Counted from the first letter of the whole stretch, positions 1-12,959 are shown. The stretch: 63,744 nucleotides of DNA, filler included, from Choristocarpus tenellus KU-1152 (GCA_964200185.2; 8 parts of 8 records of this genome joined end to end with filler, not necessarily neighbours in it), one strand, 5' to 3'. Notes: generated from the letters alone by a model not told the origin. Numbers and translations are program-made.

Positions 1-1551
1 TCAATTCAACACAATAATCTCATATACACAAAATAAGGTACACCTCACTATTGTCCTATTTTGCACAATTTTTACTTTTTGGTGTGATTTGGTCACAAGT
101 GTCGGTTGAAATGTCAGCAAAAAAAAGAGTTTTTTGACCGAAAGGGACGCCTCCTCACAAATCACCACCCCCCCATATACTTTGACCCCTTCCTTTCCTT
201 CCTTTCCTTTATGCAAAATGCAATTAAGCGATGAAATAAGTGGTGTTTCGGATTGGATGAACCTGATGTGATACTGTTTTTATTTTTTCTTCTCACCCTC
301 TTTCCCATCAGACCTGGTAATACTACTATGTGTTGACGCCTTTGAAGTCGTATCTCAGGTATTCCAAGCAATTATGGAGGCAAGGGTGCACAGAAATAGA
401 CATTATATCTGAAGACAGAAAAAAACTATCTCCCAATTGCAAATAAAAACAATAAGGAATTAGCATAGACGGGATGTCTATTTTCTAGACGTGGATGCTT
501 CATAATCAAACCGGGTAGATATGATGGTATTGGTCATGATTGATTACAAATGGGGGTGAGAGGGAAACAAGATACAACTGCACAAAAAAGAAGTCCCTGT
601 GGGGGGAGGTGACAGGTGATGATCCTCGTTTCCACCAAAGTTTCCAGGTAGGATTCCATCCTAGAGTATCCTATATACTCGTACTAATCTGAGTACTACT
701 ACAAAATGAAGTAAGAAAAAAAAATGAAGAGAGGGTAAAAATGTGATAAGAGTGTGGGCTGCACCCTACTTGTTGTTTTACTGTTTTCGTTACGTTTGGG
801 AGGGATTTTTCTTCACCTGCAGGCTGCCTCTCGCAACATCCTTTTGTGTGCTCTGTTCCTTCCAGGTTTATAAATACAGTAGATGTTTCACGTACTCAGA
901 TGAACTTCTTACAATGATGTTGTCAAGCAATAATCCTGTTGTTTGGTACTCGTCCTGTGTCTCAATTTGAACAATCATAATGGGCTACTGCCGACTTTCT
1001 ATGACCAGGATAGAGCACCAATAGATTGCAATGATTTGAGTGAGAATCAGAGGGGGTTGCAGAATGGGGGAAGATGGGGGGAAGCTCCACCAGATAGTGT
1101 ATAACCACTGCGCTCCCGAAGTCCTAGGAGGAAAGAGACATTGGGAGGTTGTGCCAGTAAATCTGTGGTGGCTGTGTGAAGGTCAAAAGGGTAGCAACAG
1201 TAGTCGAGCAGTAGAAGGGAGAAGGGTACAGGGGGTTGCGGTGCGATGTGTACCCTGTGCAGATTTAGACTGTTGTTTGTGTCAGTATGGAAGAAGAGAA
1301 AATAGATGGGAGCATCACATGATTCCCCTTTCCTGAACTTGATGAAACGGTTGCCCACTCCAGCTTCTCGTAGCAATATGTCGTGTCTTGTGGTCAGCTT
1401 TGTGAAATGCTGGGCATGGCGTCGTTGATGCTTAAAAGTGTTGATACCTTCTTTAATGTTCTCTGACCTCGTTTCCTTCAGCTACTCGAACTCCGCAAAT
1501 ATCCGTTTGAGTTGGACTATGAAATCCGTAAAGAAACCTTTGTCGAGCACA

Positions 1552-1628
1552 TCTTAAAAAACATGTGGGCAGTTTAGCCCCAAAAGGACAAAAAGGAAAA
1601 ACTTGTACCCTCTAATATACTTTCACCC
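1552..1628 (+). mobile_element. Partial (3' end) copy of MITE family A
   Basis: GCCCCAAAAGGACAAAAAGGAAAAACTTGTACCCTCTAATATACTTTCACCC matches the right end of the full-length copies (e.g. 10890-10941). Confidence 0.6.
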
Positions 1629-2149
1629 AGAAGAGTGATATTTGTTATATACGGTGGGGCTTGTTTTAGCATCTGTTGATTTAGAAGGAATCATTAACCA
1701 TCAATACATGCAACGTTTTTACCTCCATCAAGATACAGAAAAACGTCTCAAACACCTGGACATCAATCTATGATCAATTGTCAATAAATATCCCAGTATG
1801 ACATGAACCATAGTCCCGAATGCTGTCAGTTACACATACTACCATAATTCATATCATATTATACGCTTCACCACATGCAAAAAAAGAGAAGCTTCATCAC
1901 CTAGCAGGAACTGTGCCAGTTACACCAGGAGGAATACCAATGGGGTGGTTGTGCCTGTGTAGAAGGAGTAGGCTGTGCCAGGGGGGTCTTTGTATGCCTG
2001 TATAAAGTTTGATAATTCTTAAAACGTACATTTGTAGCTCTGACGTCTGTTCGCCAGTTTTATCTTGAAAGCGGCCAACGAGGCATTCAAATTAGTACAG
2101 AGGCATACAGGCCAGAGCCCTGGCAGAAATCACATTTCGGACCAAACAG

Positions 2150-2325
2150 TCCCTCGGTGTGTACCGATAGCTAAGATATTAATAAGTCAAAATTTCACAC
2201 CTCTGCCTAGGGTCCCTCACGAACTGGGGAACTGGGGATCATTTTTACCTGACGGCACATTGGACACCTCGTCTTGTGCGTGGAAAAACAGTCAACTGAA
2301 AGACTTCTGGCAGATAAAAAGTTAA
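2150..2325 (+). pseudogene. Possible chromodomain remnant from the 3' end of a Ty3/gypsy pol
   Basis: Translation PIAKILISQNF...HELGNWGSFLPD...(HWTP in a shifted frame)...NSQLKDFW resembles the spacing of a retroelement chromodomain. Degenerate. Confidence 0.3.
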
Positions 2326-2715
2326 AGCCATGAATTCTTTCCTTCAAAAGAAACTAACCCTACCATCTGTATATATCAACACTCAAGAGATTCAACACGA
2401 GGCTGGTCTCCACACTAGGGGCCTCCACACCAAGAGTGAAGAAATCGCAAGGGAAAACCAGCAACAGACTTTCGCTGTCACGTAATTGTACTACAGTTTG
2501 TATACTCTAAAACTCATTCAACGCACAAAAGAGAAACATATATTATCTGTGATGGATACTCCGTGCTCCGTCCAATTCTCATGCTAAGAGAACTTACAAC
2601 ACCTCAGAGTTCGGCCCACTAGAGCTGCCATGGATCCTGTACCGTATCCAACTCCATACAAAAAGCAGCAAATAGCTCAACAGCAATGTGATGAAAGTAA
2701 AAGCTAGGTAACAAT

Positions 2716-5700
2716 TTAGACAAACACTGCACCAAGCAAGTGGGACCCCTTCGGTCCAACAGGGTCACAATGTTCTAAGTGCCTGCTGCCCTCACGGTGA
2801 ACCAGAGCCACTTGGTGACCACACACAGACGGAGTTAAGTCTGGGTGGGGGTTGAAACGCCCAACTGCCTGAGGTGACCTCTTGGACTCGGTGCAGCGAA
2901 CAGCATCGCCAACTACAAATTCATGAGACGAATTCCGTCGCATATGTCTCGACACCCGTCGAACCGCACCTATCTTCCGTGAGAGGGGAGTTGGTGCCAA
3001 ACGCTTGCCAAGGACAGTTTCCTCCTGCTTGATCGCGTACTAAAAAAACATCCACCGCAGCAAACGAATGGGTGGCAAACAGGGTAACAGGGTAAATAAG
3101 AATGCTTGGAAACTTACGCGTAGTCCCTACTCACGATTAAAGCACTCAAACTGACGTATGGGTGCTGACTATCTACTTGCTCGCTTACATTCTTAACCAA
3201 TTTGGTTACACTTGAAAGCTCTAAGTCAATTTGATAAGAAACATTTTGATACAGTTAATTCCAGGTCTATACCCGCTTCCCGGTGATCTTGGCCAACGCC
3301 ATGCAGGCCTTTTTTGCTTTCAGCAGTACGTCGTTTATTACATGGGCTTGGTCGTATGGTGTAATCGGTACCCCACTCTTCTTGCGCCTGAGGGAAATTC
3401 GACGTCGAGAGTCAGGTTGCTTTCGGAATAGGGAATCACTATTGGGAAAAAAAGTTAGTCACTCATTGCTGATGTACTGACAGGCTGTGACCATTTCACG
3501 AGCAGCAAACAACCCCCTCAAGCACCACCATTGCACAATCGAGGCAAGACAACTCATATTGCTTACGTGATCAGTGGTCGGACGGCTTTATTTACGGTCT
3601 CGAGCAACCACAACACCTCTATCACGACAGCATCGTCCTTCGCCTCTTCGGACCTCGTAATGTCTAGCTTGGCTTCGATTCTGGCAGCGTGGAAGCTTGC
3701 CGCGCAAATGGCTTCTGAAATGGAGTCTGAGCCGTTCACAGCAGCAATCATATTATGAAATGCGCGCAAAAGCCACATATCGATGGGCCCGGGCATGTGC
3801 GTCTGGATTTCACTGAAATCAACAGGTCCACCAATACGATCGAAAGGTTGACAACGCAAATCGCTAGAAGTCTTTGGGCAGGCCTCTGACGTCCGAGTGA
3901 CAACTTGGGCAGGAGCTTTCAGAGTCGGAGCATGTGCGTAGTTCGGAGTAAATGGTATGCCCAATGACTGGAAACATGCAATGGGAGCGACGAAAGGGAA
4001 TGTTGGGGGTGAGGTCACTTTGGAAGGAACATAGGATAACGACGAAAAGAGGAGTTCACGCAGTAAGGTTCTACCGCTTAAACTCTGGGTACCGCATATA
4101 ACAGTGCAATGAGGTAACAGTTGGATGGGAGGGACGAGGAGACAGAGAAGTCTCACGAAGGATGGGAGTGATGCAAATCTATTGGTATATTACACTTTGA
4201 CTTTATCAGACATTTATTAGAATATCGATGTTGCCGTTGGTGAATTAAGACAGCGAACATTTATCAACACTACCTTGAAAAGATGACCAGCCGTTGACTC
4301 CCACAAGTGTTGTGTGATGACAGGATGATGTAGGTTCATCAATGAGGTGAGGATGGAGTGCATCGATTGCATTCCCATTGCTGCAGTTGTCAAGACTATG
4401 TCCGCGAGAACCGTTGTCAAAAACGGGGTCACGACAATAGCCCATAATAAGATTGGAGGCATCTCGGAGGATACAATGTACACGCGTTGTAGTTACTTCA
4501 CTGTTGGTCGGGGTGTGTGTGCAGGTCCTAGAGTGCCGGGGTACGTTCGCGTGTATATGACCAACACTAAGGAACAAGAATGAAAGGGGTGGGGGTGGTG
4601 TGGGCAGAGCTTTGTTTCGTAAAAGCGGAACGCCTCTGTCACTTCAATAGGAAGGTGTCTGCCCTCCTCAGGATTGCCCAACCGTCTCTACTCCCAGAAT
4701 GCAACACCTTGTTTGCCCTCGATGAAACGTCAAATCTATGGTCCGCATTCTTGTTCTAAGGTCAACTCTAGAAGTTCCAGAGGCAGTCATCTGTATACTT
4801 CGAAGAATTAAGGTACTAAAAGAACTGCAATCTGTTGTTCTCGTATGAATCTCACTACCGTTTTGTATCAATAGTAGTAATATGAACTAAGTAATACTTA
4901 AGATATTGAATATTGGAACTACTAAGAAGTTTGAAGAATGACAACTAGTGACGCACTTCATAGCGCTGAGGAAAAAGAAAAACAGAAAATGTGCAAGTTA
5001 ATCATAGGAATCAATACTATATTCCATAAAACAAATACAAAGAAGTAGTGAGAATGACGTGAGGTGACGCACTTCATATCCTTGAAGAAGAATAGGATTG
5101 CTCAAGTACAACTACTACATTAACAGGAACCAAAATATCGTGTTTCTTCAACCAACTAGTATGAACTAGGAAGTAAAAAGAATGACATCTGGTTACGCAC
5201 TTCATACATTCGAGGAAGATGAAAATCGTTCAAGAAGAAACCTCTAATCCAACTCTCTATATTCCACCTTCTGATCAAAGATAATTTCTCCTGGATCTAA
5301 TCATGTCCGTAATTGTTTCTGTGTTAACAGACAATTAACAGTACTTAGACTTTTTAGTATTAAAGTATGTAGAAAGTGTAATTGCCTCAACATGTTAATA
5401 TCCTATATTATATACATATACATACACACCCCTTCTAAAAACTTCAAAAGCTTCACTGTATGATGAAGTATTTCTACAAAAATGTATCCCTTCAGACTTC
5501 ATTGTCCTTTCTTGATAAATCCAGATTCAATATACTATATAATTGGAACTACTAAAAATGGCATTTCGATGTTTTTGAAAAAACTTGTGGGGTGTCTTCC
5601 ACTTTATATTATTCGAAGTTATCTGTAAATGTCAGTTGGTGATTGAATGATCAAATTGTAACCTCTTCTTTCCGCATCTCAATGATCAATGACTCTAAAT

Positions 5701-6650
5701 GTTCTGAAACAGATGAACATCCATAAATATGAAATTACTATCTATTTATACTATTCGGAGTTTGTATTTCTAGGGTGCTGAAAATATCTTAAAAATTCAA
5801 GGATATTTTCCCAACAGAGAAATCAAACCTGCTATAAGTGAAACTTGATACTCGATCCATTAAAATATGGGTGAATTGCAAGGATTGAAAAAGTCGGTTA
5901 AAGTCCAAAACAGCAAAAAAGTATGTAAATCTCGTTTTACTTGTGTGTGAAGAGTTTTCTGATCGACACATCTTTATTATAGATGTGATCTCAATCCAAT
6001 CCACATCCGCGCGTACAGATATGCGTTCTGCGCGCACATTTGTTTGTCATTGGTGACGTTCCAATTAAACATCAACTACAAAGAAGTCCTGAGAATTCTC
6101 ACAGATTGCTTACTGTTGACAGTCACAAGCAAGTGACGTCACCTTTCAAATTTGACACCTTGTTCATACTTCCCTAAGATTTGATGGTTCAGAGAGACCT
6201 TTGCTGAAAGCACCCAACCATGACACAATTGGTGATTCCGAACACCTTCCACAACTGATTGAACCGTAACTCACAACAGTGGTCCTCACACCGTCAGTCC
6301 AAAAGGAGAATTCGCCGAGTTAGAAGTCGTTACCATGCCAGCATCAAACAAAGATGTGTCCGAAGACAAGTACGAGTTGAGGTTGCAAAGGCAACGGTCA
6401 ACCTTCTCTAGATAAGATCTCGTGACCTCTACCAAAACCATCTGGTACATCCACAATCCTGACGAAAGATTAAGTCGAGGACATACCCTGGGAAGCCCAC
6501 AGAAGCAAGAAAGGGAGGCGACGGATAAACCACGGTCCCTTTCCATTTTGATACACTAATCAGGGTATCGGTTTTGCGACCCAAGTCGAAATTGTTGAGG
6601 AATACGAAGTCTTGCTGGAGCTCGTAGGGCATAATCCCAGGTAGCAAGTG
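2716..6650 (-). other. Degenerate minus-strand coding-like region of unknown identity, upstream of the gypsy pol
   Basis: Chain of minus-strand ORFs (2716-3000, 3563-4156 of 197 aa, 4245-4577 in frame with 4668-4871, 5789-6037, 6286-6647) separated by isolated stops and frameshifts. No recognisable motif. Confidence 0.3.
4925..5218. repeat. Three spaced copies of a conserved ~38-nt motif
   Basis: RGAAGT-N4-AGAATGAC-N5-GT(G/T)ACGCACTTCATA, with the AGAATGAC core at 4935, 5051 and 5179 (spacing 116 and 128 nt) and divergent intervening sequence. Confidence 0.8.
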
Positions 6651-6919
6651 CTCAAAGACTTGATACGTGGTAGCCTTAATAATTTGCGCTCACCGTCTCA
6701 ATCCTGACAGCCACGTCCAACCTGGTTCAAGTTACTCACGGACAGATACGTACAGCACGTTGTACTAACCGCCATTTTAGATGAAAATTCTTTCTGCCAA
6801 AGACATTAAAGATGTCAACTTCTTTGAGGTAGAGAAAGAAGGGAGACAAAGCGTAACCATGTCTGTTAAAGTGGCTATCTTTTTTGCCTTTCTAGTTCAC
6901 TTGTATCATACCCAGTTGT

Positions 6920-7400
6920 GAGCATGCCTGTGTTTGATAGGTTGTCACTCAAATAGGCTAAACCATAATTTTAAAACAAAATGTGTAGGAAACTAACCTC
7001 TTATCTAGATCCTTGCAATATTTCTATGGGATCCGACCCCAGCAGTTGATAGCTCAAAAATTTGTCACTCAAACAGGGCAAGAGATTTATGCACATGAGC
7101 ACCATCTCAAGCACACTTTTCTAACACTCCTTTTTGGATCCAACCAAGTAGTTGACAGTATTTCAACAGGTTGTCACTCACGCAAGCTAACTATTGATGC
7201 ACTTGAGCAATTAGTATCTTATTCAAACCTTTCTAATATTCCATTGGTTTCTTTTCCAGTGGTAAGCGATGCTGTTACAAATGGTCACTCAGACAGGCTA
7301 AACACTAAAGACATGGGCAAAACATGTCTACATCAGAGGTTACCATTTTTTCTTTGGGATCCAACCCAGGAGTTGACAACAAACCAAGTTGACCCTCAAA
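6920..7400. repeat. Degenerate ~115-bp tandem repeat 5' of the gypsy protease
   Basis: GTCACTCA recurs near 6944, 7064, 7173 and 7284; GGATCCRAC...AGTTGA recurs near 7029, 7136 and 7357. Confidence 0.55.
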
Positions 7401-10357
7401 CCTACCACTTGATGCATTTGAACAACCACTGTCTCAATTGCACCATTCAAACAGTTCTATGGACTTCAACCCTGCAGTGAGAAAACCAAAAACAGTTGAC
7501 CACACAAAATGGGCATACTACAATCCACTGCCTTGAACTCAATTTGTCAATGCAATAACCTCAGCAGTGGAACATTCTTCCAAATTTATAGGAACAGTGG
7601 GTGAAGACTTCGTTGCATGTCGAATGTGTTACGCTAGTCAATGTCAGTCCTATTCCAGATGACCCCCTATATTTAAAAAGGGGCTAGAGGAAGACCTTTA
7701 CTACTACATGGCTAATTCAAGTTCAACTGACCTCGAGAAATAAAACATTGAATGTTCAAGCAGTTACTCTACCATCCCTAGGTATTAAGTACATATTTTA
7801 GGACAATAGTTTCTTGGGTACTTTTGGAGTGAAGTTGGATTGGGAGAGAGAAGAAATAACCTTTTCTAGGAGCACAGTTCGCATTCCAGCCACTTATAAA
7901 AATCTCTCCTATACTCACTATTAACTCACCAACCACCCATCAGTCAAAGTCCTGTTCACACATTTTCAACAGATATGACACTGGCTACAGCAACTGAATT
8001 CTCTATATCTGTACATGTAACACATCGGAAATATTTACTCCTGGGAACCAAAACTGTTGTTTCATTGTGTTCTCAGGCTGTGCCTGGATCGGTCAAAGAT
8101 GCAGTGGTAGAGCCCGTTATCGAGATGAGCATGGATTTCATTAACCAAGAGCACCACCATTCTCCATGGGAAGGCATGATGGTCAGTCGATCTTTAATTG
8201 TTTGGTAAGAGGATGGATCTTGTGAAGTCAAAATCGCCAATCCTTCTAATCATGGCGTTAAACTACTCCCCCAATATATTGTGGGCCATGTAGCACCAGT
8301 TGATCAACTTCACACCTTAGCTGAACCATAGACCAGAACCACAGTGGCTACTCCAATCACTCCAGGGGAGCTTAAAAACGTCTGTGATGAGTTCAAAGAA
8401 CATTTCGGTAAGGAGTCCTTGTAGATAAAGTGTTATCTGATAATGAGCAAGATGAAATTCTTGACCTTGTTGCAAAATAACAATCTGTATTTTCACTCAC
8501 TTCTGAGGAACTAGGCTGTTGCAATAATACCACTATTGAATTTCTACTTAAACCAGGTACAGTTCCTGTGAATCCTCCACCATATGGAACCAAACCTATA
8601 ATACGCAAAAAGTCAGAATGGTTGGAGGACATAGAAAATCAATGAATAATACAACCTTCCTCAAGTCCTTAGGCGTCACCGGCAACCATAGTTCCAAACC
8701 CGATGGGTCTCCTCGATTCTGTGTAGACTTTAGGCTCTCATTAAACAAGAATTGGTACGTAATCCCTGGCCGTTACCATCTATGAAATATTGTTCGGGTA
8801 CACTAGGGGGGGCAACATAATTGTCATGTCTCCTACTGGCAATTACCAATCACCGACACCTACGAATGCCAAAGCTACTTTTGTACACCGGATGGGAAAT
8901 ACGAATTCAAAAGGCTACGGTTTGGTGTTGCTAATGCACCATGGTTATATCAACGCTTCATGCGGAGACTTTTTCTTTTCGTCTCTGGACCGAGTGTGGG
9001 CTTACTGATTTATCCTTGTGACATTGTACTAGCCTGTCTATCGTGGAACCGTCATATCCAACTTCTCGAGAGCGTATTTGTTGTTACTGCAGCAAGTAGG
9101 AGTTACCTTTAAACAATCTAGTGTCCTTTTCGGCTCGAAATTAATTCATTATTTGAGACTTGAGGTCAGCCCCACGGGTATTGCTGTGCCACCCGGTCGA
9201 ATCCAGGCTATTATTGCTCTGAAGCTCCCTAGCTCTGTGAAAGAATTACAATCCTTTCTGGGTTCTATGAACTTCGTTAGAAAATACAATCCCCATTTGT
9301 CTACAACAACTGAACCTCCCTGATTCACTTACAAGGAAAAGTACAAAAACGCCTGGAAGGGACAAAGGTCTTTCTCAACCATGGGGACGACTACAACAAA
9401 ATTCTATTGATGGGTATAAACGTCTATTGACTATGATGCCATTGTTTAGCTTTCCAGATATTACTAGACAGTTTTTCATTCACTTGGATGCTAGTGATGT
9501 CGGCATGGGAGCCTTTTTGGCAAATTAAAACGAGGAAGATAGTTTCCAAATTGCATAGTGCTCTTTATCAGCCAACCCAAAGACGACATTCAGCAACTCA
9601 GAAAGAATGTCTAGTTATCATCCTTACCGGCGTCCATCAATTTCTGGTAAGCACTTTACAGTTGTAAGTGATCATTTGGCATTACGTTGGTTACATACAA
9701 TGCAAGATACTTGCAATGTGTTGGCGCGGTGGGCGTTTGCCTTACAATCCTTTGACTATACAGTTTTACAAGAAACGGGACGTTTGCACTACATTCCAGA
9801 CATGTTATCCTGGACACAGTTGGAGGAATTTACGTTGGAAGATACACCACTTCCACTAGCCCCACTGCGCCACAGTATAGGTCAAACAGAGCGGATATCT
9901 CCACACTCAAGGTTTACCCTGCATACGCTCTATCAGTGGATAACCTAAGTGAAATCACCAGAGTACAAAACGATATTGAACTATATTCACTAGCGCCGTT
10001 AACGATTTACCTGTACTGAATCCGGAAGTACTATTCAAAGCTCAACAAGCTCAACATGGAGAATATTTCAAATATATAGCTAACCCAGAAAAAGTCATTT
10101 TGCCAAAGAATGAAAAAATGTATACCATGTCCTACTTTTTCACACAAGAGATGGAAGGCAAACAAATGTTATATAAATCATATCAACCCAGTCACCTTCG
10201 AAAAAACAACAAATTCCGAGATCAATTAGTGGAACCCACTGAGGTACAAGGTTTAATATTCCATGCCCTTCATAATCATAAGGTCTCTGGACACCTTGCA
10301 TTCAAGCACATTTTAAAGCGGATCCGTGACCGCTTTTGGTGACCCACTTTATATTAA

Positions 10358-10981
10358 TGTCAAGATTATGCTTGAAATTCATGGGGGAAAATATTTATTA
10401 AGGAAACAGTCAGTTCTTAGAAAATAGAGTGTTGTTGGAGAACTGTTGGATAACTGGATAGTTGATAATAATCTTTCTGATGAGTGAGTAAGAGAACAAT
10501 ATCCAGGTTATTGTAGTATTGTAATAAGCATCCTGGAAAAGGAATGTTGTAGCCAGTAACACAGATTGAGTGATGAGTTATTTGTGATCAGGGATGAGTG
10601 AAATGTTTATCATCCCCCCCCTTTTGGATTGTGCTACTCACTCCAACCTTCTACCTCCTACAACATAACCGAGAAGATATTAGAGCCAAAGCATCTTTAG
10701 AGGGTAGAGCCGCGTCCATTTGAGGGCCACAATCCAACGTTGCCATTTTGATGTAATTTTGGCTATCGCGTTTGTTAGGAAGTGTCAACATCCTTGTTCC
10801 GGACACACCTTTCATCACATACACATTTTACCTACTATAAAATATTTGGGAGTAGGAAAATGTAATAAAAAACACCATGGGAATACAAGCCCCAAATGGA
10901 CAAACAGGGCAAAACTTGTACCGTCTAAGATACTTTCACTCTTAGTCTACATAATTCAATATCAAAAGTTGGGATTCTACA
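10358..10981. mobile_element. ~620-bp insertion splitting the gypsy integrase (possible solo LTR), itself carrying a MITE
   Basis: Non-coding block between the HH and CC halves of the integrase zinc finger. It has TGT...ACA ends, but no clean TSD at those ends. Confidence 0.4.
10683..10941 (+). mobile_element. MITE family A, full length (~259 bp)
   Basis: TIRs GAGCCAAAGCATCTTTAGAGGGTA / TACCGTCTAAGATACTTTCACTC; flanks share only TTA. Confidence 0.9.
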
Positions 10982-11440
10982 TGTTCTTTAACAAGGAAGA
11001 TGTCCGAACTTGGTGTGAAACATATCAGTCATGCCAAAGTAAAAAAAAATCCCCTTCTGACCTATCAAACCTTCCAGGGCATATGCCAGTAGCACGCCCG
11101 TTTCAGAAAGTGGCAATTGATTTGGTAACACCCATGCCATTTCGTGCCTACCTAGAATGCAACCTCTACAAAATAAACAATATTTACACTTTCCTGCAGA
11201 CCAGCTGTCCCAAATTGGGAGCTCCAAGGTCATGCACCAAGTACATGCCTCGCTAACTTAGCTTGCCAGCACAATCAGTTCTACTCACACCAACATATTT
11301 TAGACTTAGCGCTATTCACAATACTCTCATACTTCAAGACACAAGTAAAAACATCAATCAGACAACAAGAGTAAATCACATTGATCATAAGAAACATATC
11401 ACAAATATCAAAGGAGGGTCAGGCAGGTAAAAAAACATCT

Positions 11441-11698
11441 GAGTGAAAGTATCTTAGAGGGTACAAGTTTTGCCCGGTTTGTCCATTTGGGGTTTGGCTT
11501 CTCAGGATTTTTCTAACGAAATTTTACCTACTCCAAAATGTTTCGGAGTAGGTAAAATGTATACGTTATGAAAACGTATTTCCGGAACAAGGATATTGAC
11601 ACTTCCTAGCAAACACGATAGCCAAAATTACATCAAATCGCAACATTGGATTTTGGCCCCCAATGGACGCGGCTCTACCCTGTAAGATACTTTGACTC
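11441..11698 (-). mobile_element. MITE family A, full length, TSD ATCT
   Basis: ATCT|GAGTGAAAGTATCTTAGAGGGTAC...TACCCTGTAAGATACTTTGACTC|ATCT. Confidence 0.93.
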
Positions 11699-12642
11699 AT
11701 CTCACAACCTGCCTCTTGCTACATTGCACCACTTTTGGACAACCATTGCTTGCTTACACATCCTTAGCATATCCGTACATCACCTGGTACGAAGGCTGCT
11801 GTGCCTCAAACATCAGTCCCTTCACATCCTTGGGGAGATGGGATTGGACACAACTTCAAACCACTTCTTCCACGCACCCCAGCAGAGAGTAAAAAGTGCT
11901 CCAAGGATAAACATTACCAGGCTAACAACATGCAAATGACTCCCTCACTTTGTTCCCCTAAACTCTACAAACATGTCGACCCTAACCCTGCACTTCACAA
12001 CAAATCACCATCCTACGGTCTACACCCTTCCTCATAGAACTTGCTTTGCCTCATTGCGTGCACTTCTGTAGGTACACAAGTTGCACCATTGCATTCTCTT
12101 CTTGAACAAGTACAGATGACATTCGTTGTGCTGTCTGGTGGGGAGGGACTGCACATTCATGGCCAGATCTTCACTTTGAACACACAGTTAGTGCTGGCAG
12201 CCTTGTCCACAACACAGGTGTGCTACTATCTCAATACTGAGTACAATACTCCTCATCTAGTGACGCCAAGCTGACCGATAGCAAACAGTACCCCTGTGTA
12301 GATGAGGAACAAGGGGGGGGGAAATTGAGGTTAGGATTGACGAGAGAAGTTTGGATGTTTCAGAGGGAAAGGGCCATAAGCTATCACCTAATGAAAGCCC
12401 AAGAGGAAATAACTGTGGGAGGTCGTTCGGTCAGAGCATCTGCTACTGTACCACAACAATATAACCAGCCCAGCAAAACACCATGACTACAACCCCTCTG
12501 AAAAAGAATTGCAAACTTTGTGTCACTATGGAGACCTCGTCTGAATGACTCCCCTGCTACCCGATGTCCCCGTAGATACTGGCCTGTTGCCTGCTGGAGG
12601 GTTGAACCTTCGTCCCTTACGTCAAATCAAGAGTCAAGAGGT

Positions 12643-12701
12643 GACCCAAAGTATCTGAGAGGGGGGGGGGGTCTACACCAGGGTGTCTATTTGGGCGAAA
12701 A
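12643..12701 (+). mobile_element. MITE family B terminus truncated by an assembly gap
   Basis: GACCCAAAGTATCTGAGAGGGGGGGGGGGGTCTACACCAGGGTGTC matches the reverse complement of the right end of 59154-59333. Confidence 0.75.
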
Positions 12702-12801
12702 NNNNNNNNNNNNNNNNNNNNNNNNNNNNNNNNNNNNNNNNNNNNTTAATTAATTAANNNNNNNNNNNNNNNNNNNNNNNNNNNNNNNNNNNNNNNNNNN
12801 N
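12702..12801. other. Artificial contig linker (N-TTAATTAATTAA-N, 100 nt); same linker at 29019-29118, 33279-33378, 37046-37145, 40600-40699, 53068-53167 and 55998-56097
   Basis: Identical 12-mer with stop codons in all six frames, embedded in N runs. Confidence 0.97.
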
Positions 12802-12959
12802 CGTTTTCGCAAAACAACCATCCTCGTAGTCCCGCTCCATCCCCAATTTTGAAAATCCTCTGTTATTGATCTAATTCGTTTCAAACGTACGAAACGAAAA
12901 GGTCACAAAAACTTTTACTCTCTGTCTCTTTTCAATATGTAATCGTACGCTGTTCAATA

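Larger units (their letters stand above)
7560..11127 (+). mobile_element. Ty3/gypsy LTR-retrotransposon pol pseudogene (PR-RT-RNaseH-INT)
   Basis: Protease end FLGTFGVKLDW (~7810); RT PSSSP*ASP / DGSPRFCVDFR (~8655-8735) and KYEFKRLRFGVANAP; LQSFLGSMNFVRKY; RNase H HLDASDVGMGAFL and FTVVSDHLALRWL..LARWAFALQSFDY; integrase zinc finger LHNHKVSGHLAF..RDRFW*PTL (to ~10352) resuming as KEDVRTWCETYQSCQ..RPFQKVAIDLV (~10990-11127). Gypsy domain order, with many stops and frameshifts. Confidence 0.92.

Noticed and set aside
750-1550. Coding-like minus-strand fragments
   Set aside because: Multiple stops and no motif I can assign; likewise 15400-17300, 31690-32330, 34450-35470, 40760-41460 and 62830-63700 were left unannotated.
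4925-5218. CRISPR array interpretation (also considered for 56127-56310)
   Set aside because: Eukaryotic context, degenerate repeats, spacers too long or not unique, and no cas genes.
10720-11256. 178-aa ORF and similar ORFs at 37912, 38615, 45357 and the 3' part of 56583-57248
   Set aside because: They read through non-coding MITE or repeat sequence and are chance open frames.
12702-12801. Recurrent TTAATTAATTAA palindrome (7 copies)
   Set aside because: Always centred in a 100-nt N spacer; it is an artificial six-frame-stop contig linker, not biology.
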